Source of the DNA: Eledone cirrhosa
Taxonomy: Eukaryota
Length of the DNA stretch: 64,000 nucleotides
Reading direction: 5' to 3'
NCBI GenBank assembly: GCA_964016885.1
Contig: CAXHJY010001648.1
Span: forward strand, 1 to 64,000
Position 1 is the first letter of the stretch. Each line of letters begins with the position of its first letter. Made by a program: the position numbers and the translations under genes. A model generated the notes under the pieces. It saw nothing but the letters and a program-made list of their open reading frames with translations, made no database searches and was not told the origin of the DNA. This document shows, in pieces, positions 60,545-64,000 of the stretch.

Positions 60545-61012
60545 AATCCACGCCGAGGTTAACTTTGCCTGTCATACTTATGAGGTCGATAAAATAAAAT
60601 ACCAGTAATACACTGGGATAATTGCTGGCCTTGTGCCAAAAAGTAGAAACAATTATATTTATAACTTTGCCTTTCATCTATACGGGGTCGATAACATAAA
60701 GTACCAGTAATACACTGGGATAATTGCTGGCCTTGTGCAAAAAAGTAGAAACAGTTAGAAGCAATGTCTACGCCTTAAGAGGTTCGTTCTCTCCGACGAG
60801 CTTTCATTCCAGTGTTGGGCTAGATCGATACCGATTGAACCTTGAGCTGATCAATAGCGAAACGCGCGTCACTACTCAGTAAACGTAATGAAGAAATGAA
60901 AAAATCCTCCTCTTTATAGGGCAACTTTGCCCTGCATCCTTGCGATGTCTATAAAATAAAGTACCAGGAATGCACTGGGATATTTGCTGGCCTTGTGCCA
61001 AAAGTAGAAACA
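60545..61012 (-). mobile_element. Cluster of three SINE-like fragments
   Basis: Same family as the 49228 array, at ~60545, ~60662 and ~60915. Confidence 0.7.
60785..60870 (+). ncRNA. Hammerhead-like motif, U4C core, long stem II
   Basis: CCGACGA-gct..agc-GAAAC gcgc GTC. Stem I partner absent. Decayed inverse homolog at 61865-61943. Confidence 0.45.
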
Positions 61013-61080
61013 AATATTGTATAGATATATATATAGATATAGATATAGATAAATATGTATAGATACACACACACACACAT

Positions 61081-61185
<105 letters not shown>

Positions 61186-61286
61186 CACACACACATAGAT
61201 GTATACACATTAAGAAATAAACATTGCATTCGTTCAGTGCATTTTATGTTCAATTGTGCACGTAACTGTCTTGATTATATGTACGA

Positions 61287-61321
<35 letters not shown>

Positions 61322-61757
61322 TATATATATATATGTGCAGCTATATATATATATATATATATATACCTGCACACGTGTTTCTCTAGTATAAGAGTGCACA
61401 TAAATCTTTCAACCAATCAATAATTCGAAAGGCCTCCCCCCCCCCCTCTTAAACGATAAACAAGAAGAATAGACATTTTAATCGTAAACACAAACATCTC
61501 CGCCGTGGCAACCACCGCCACCACGATAACATGGTTTCATAATATTGGGGTGAGCCAAGAACGATAACTCTTTAATGAATTACTACTGTTGTATTCATTC
61601 GCTAATTGCTGGAAGTTCATCGTCAAAGCTTACACTAAACAGAATATTTATTAAACTTGGGATTCCTCCAGCTGGCAGACGTCCTCAGACTCCCAATAAA
61701 AGATATGAAGTCTGTTTTACATCCACCTTTTTCAACTCTATTGTTAATATGTCTGTT

Positions 61758-61802
<45 letters not shown>

Positions 61803-61976
61803 AGTATTACAATATAATAATAAAAGGACGATTTGTTAAGCCTTCATTATGTTTATTGATTTGTGACGCACGTGTCGCTATTGATCAGCTCAAGGTTCGA
61901 TCTGTATCGATCTGGCCCGATTCTGGAATCAAAAGCAGGTCGGACCCCTTCATATATATATATATATATATATATC

Positions 61977-62640
61977 TAAAAATTAGAATTGGAGCTCTGA
62001 AATAGCAATATATATATGGATGTATATATAATGTATTTTGCAATACACTTTATGCTTAATTAAAAGCATTTTGAAGACCGTAAGCTATTGTTTTAAAGTA
62101 GTGACAAATTCACTCACTTTGATCTCAGCAAACAGGGGAGATAAGCCGACAAGACTTGTTTCGCTTTGGTTGAAGCTTATCAAGGCCAACTACCCCCCAC
62201 CTGTTTACTGAGATCATTGATGTTATATTCTTATAGAAATCTAGTAAATAATCAGGAGCTGATTATGGAGAGCGGTTGTTGGTCAGGCAGAAATGAAAAA
62301 TTAGAATTGGAACGCTGAAATAGCAATATATATATGGATGTATATATAATGTATTTTGCAATACACTTTATGCTTAATTAAAAGCATTTTGAAGACCGTA
62401 AGCTATTGTTTTAAAGTAGTGACAAATTCACTCACATTGATCTCAGCAAACAGGTGGGGTAGTTGGCCTTGATAAGCTTCAACCAAAGCGAAACAAGTCT
62501 TGTCGGCTTATCTCCCCTGTTTGCTGAGATCAAAGTGAGTGAATTTGTCACTACTTTAAAACAATAGCTTACGGTCTTCAAAATGTTTTTAATTAAGCAT
62601 AAAGTGTATTGCAAAATACATTATATATACATCCATATAT
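61977..62640 (-). mobile_element. Partial-tandem plus inverted mini-element (PLE-like architecture) with U3-A8 HHRs
   Basis: Direct repeats ~61978-62137 and 62296-62455, inverted arm to 62640. HHR at 62465-62508(+): ggcc-TTGATAA-gctt caacca aagc-GAAACAA gtc TTGTC-ggct. Mirror copy at 62144-62187(-). Confidence 0.82.
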
Positions 62641-62736
62641 ATCTATATATATATATATATATATATATATTAGGTCCCAAGCATATGATACCATCAACAC
62701 TATAACCACAGAGCTGGCATATCTAAGAACTGACTA

Positions 62737-62792
62737 ACTGCCTGATGAGGTCATAGCCATTCAATGGCTATCATCGAAATATATATAGCAGT
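62737..62792 (+). ncRNA. Type I hammerhead ribozyme (family C)
   Basis: actgc-CTGATGA-ggtcatagccat tca atggctatcatc-GAAA tatata TA-gcagt-aaataaa. Confidence 0.88.
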
Positions 62793-63117
62793 AAATAAAG
62801 GTTTATGAGTTCATGCAATTGCCTTATGTTTCGTCATCATATATATATATATATATAAAATATTAAACAAATAATGAATAAACAATTCCTTATATTAAAC
62901 AAAAAAAGTTCATTATTTAACGATCGTTTCTAGGATATATATGTGTTAGAATTGGTATGCATATTCAACAGATCTATGTACAAAATTATACAAATTATCA
63001 AGATTATATATATATATATAAATGAAGTATTTCCGTAGAAAAGGTAAAGAAAAAGAGGGTGCTCTATATAGGCTACAGAGCTTTTTAGTTATGTAATAAA
63101 CAACATAATATAATTAA

Positions 63118-63175
63118 TTCATTTACCAGTGGTTTCTTGAAGACATTTACATCTATCTCCAGTCGTCAGAACGAA
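63118..63175 (-). ncRNA. Type I hammerhead ribozyme (family D)
   Basis: ttcgtt-CTGACGA-ctggagata..tgtcttcaa-GAAACC act GGTA-aatgaa, within element ~63021-63240. Confidence 0.75.
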
Positions 63176-63275
63176 AAAAATGTAATGATTATTAAATATG
63201 GATTTGAAAACAAAATTTGGTTTTCAAATCCTAATAAATGTTCTAAACTAAAACTTGATCGTTTTAATACTTTGC

Positions 63276-63365
<90 letters not shown>

Positions 63366-63366
63366 T

Positions 63367-63660
<294 letters not shown>

Positions 63661-63666
63661 TATATT

Positions 63667-63863
<197 letters not shown>

Positions 63864-63878
63864 GTATATATATATATG

Positions 63879-64000
<122 letters not shown>

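Overview
Extremely AT-rich eukaryotic DNA, probably an octopus or other cephalopod. That attribution is inferred from the huge (TA)n/(TATG)n tracts and the SINE types. Almost all ORFs in the track are microsatellite artefacts. Recognisable elements are: a young 5'-truncated CR1/L2-group LINE with an intact RT ORF (54081-55887, -); a decayed relative (12152-14787, -); a GIY-YIG Penelope-like element (PLE) 3' fragment (18598-19578); four copies of a non-autonomous RTE derivative; tRNA/CORE-type SINEs; two non-autonomous Helitrons; an ~8 kb Thr-rich mucin-like tandem array that may be one giant exon; and a candidate Asp-rich exon. The main hidden signal lies in the short unique islands between the (TA)n tracts. 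Many are 130-700 bp non-coding elements from about ten families, often fold-back (inverted-arm) in structure, that carry minimal type I hammerhead ribozymes (HHR). By eye I count about 17 with complete catalytic cores and about 10 variant, truncated or decayed ones. They show covarying stems, palindromic stem III and natural core variants (U3-A8, U4C). This looks like a population of (TA)n-targeted, ribozyme-bearing PLE-derived mini-elements. All folds and translations were done by eye, not computed.
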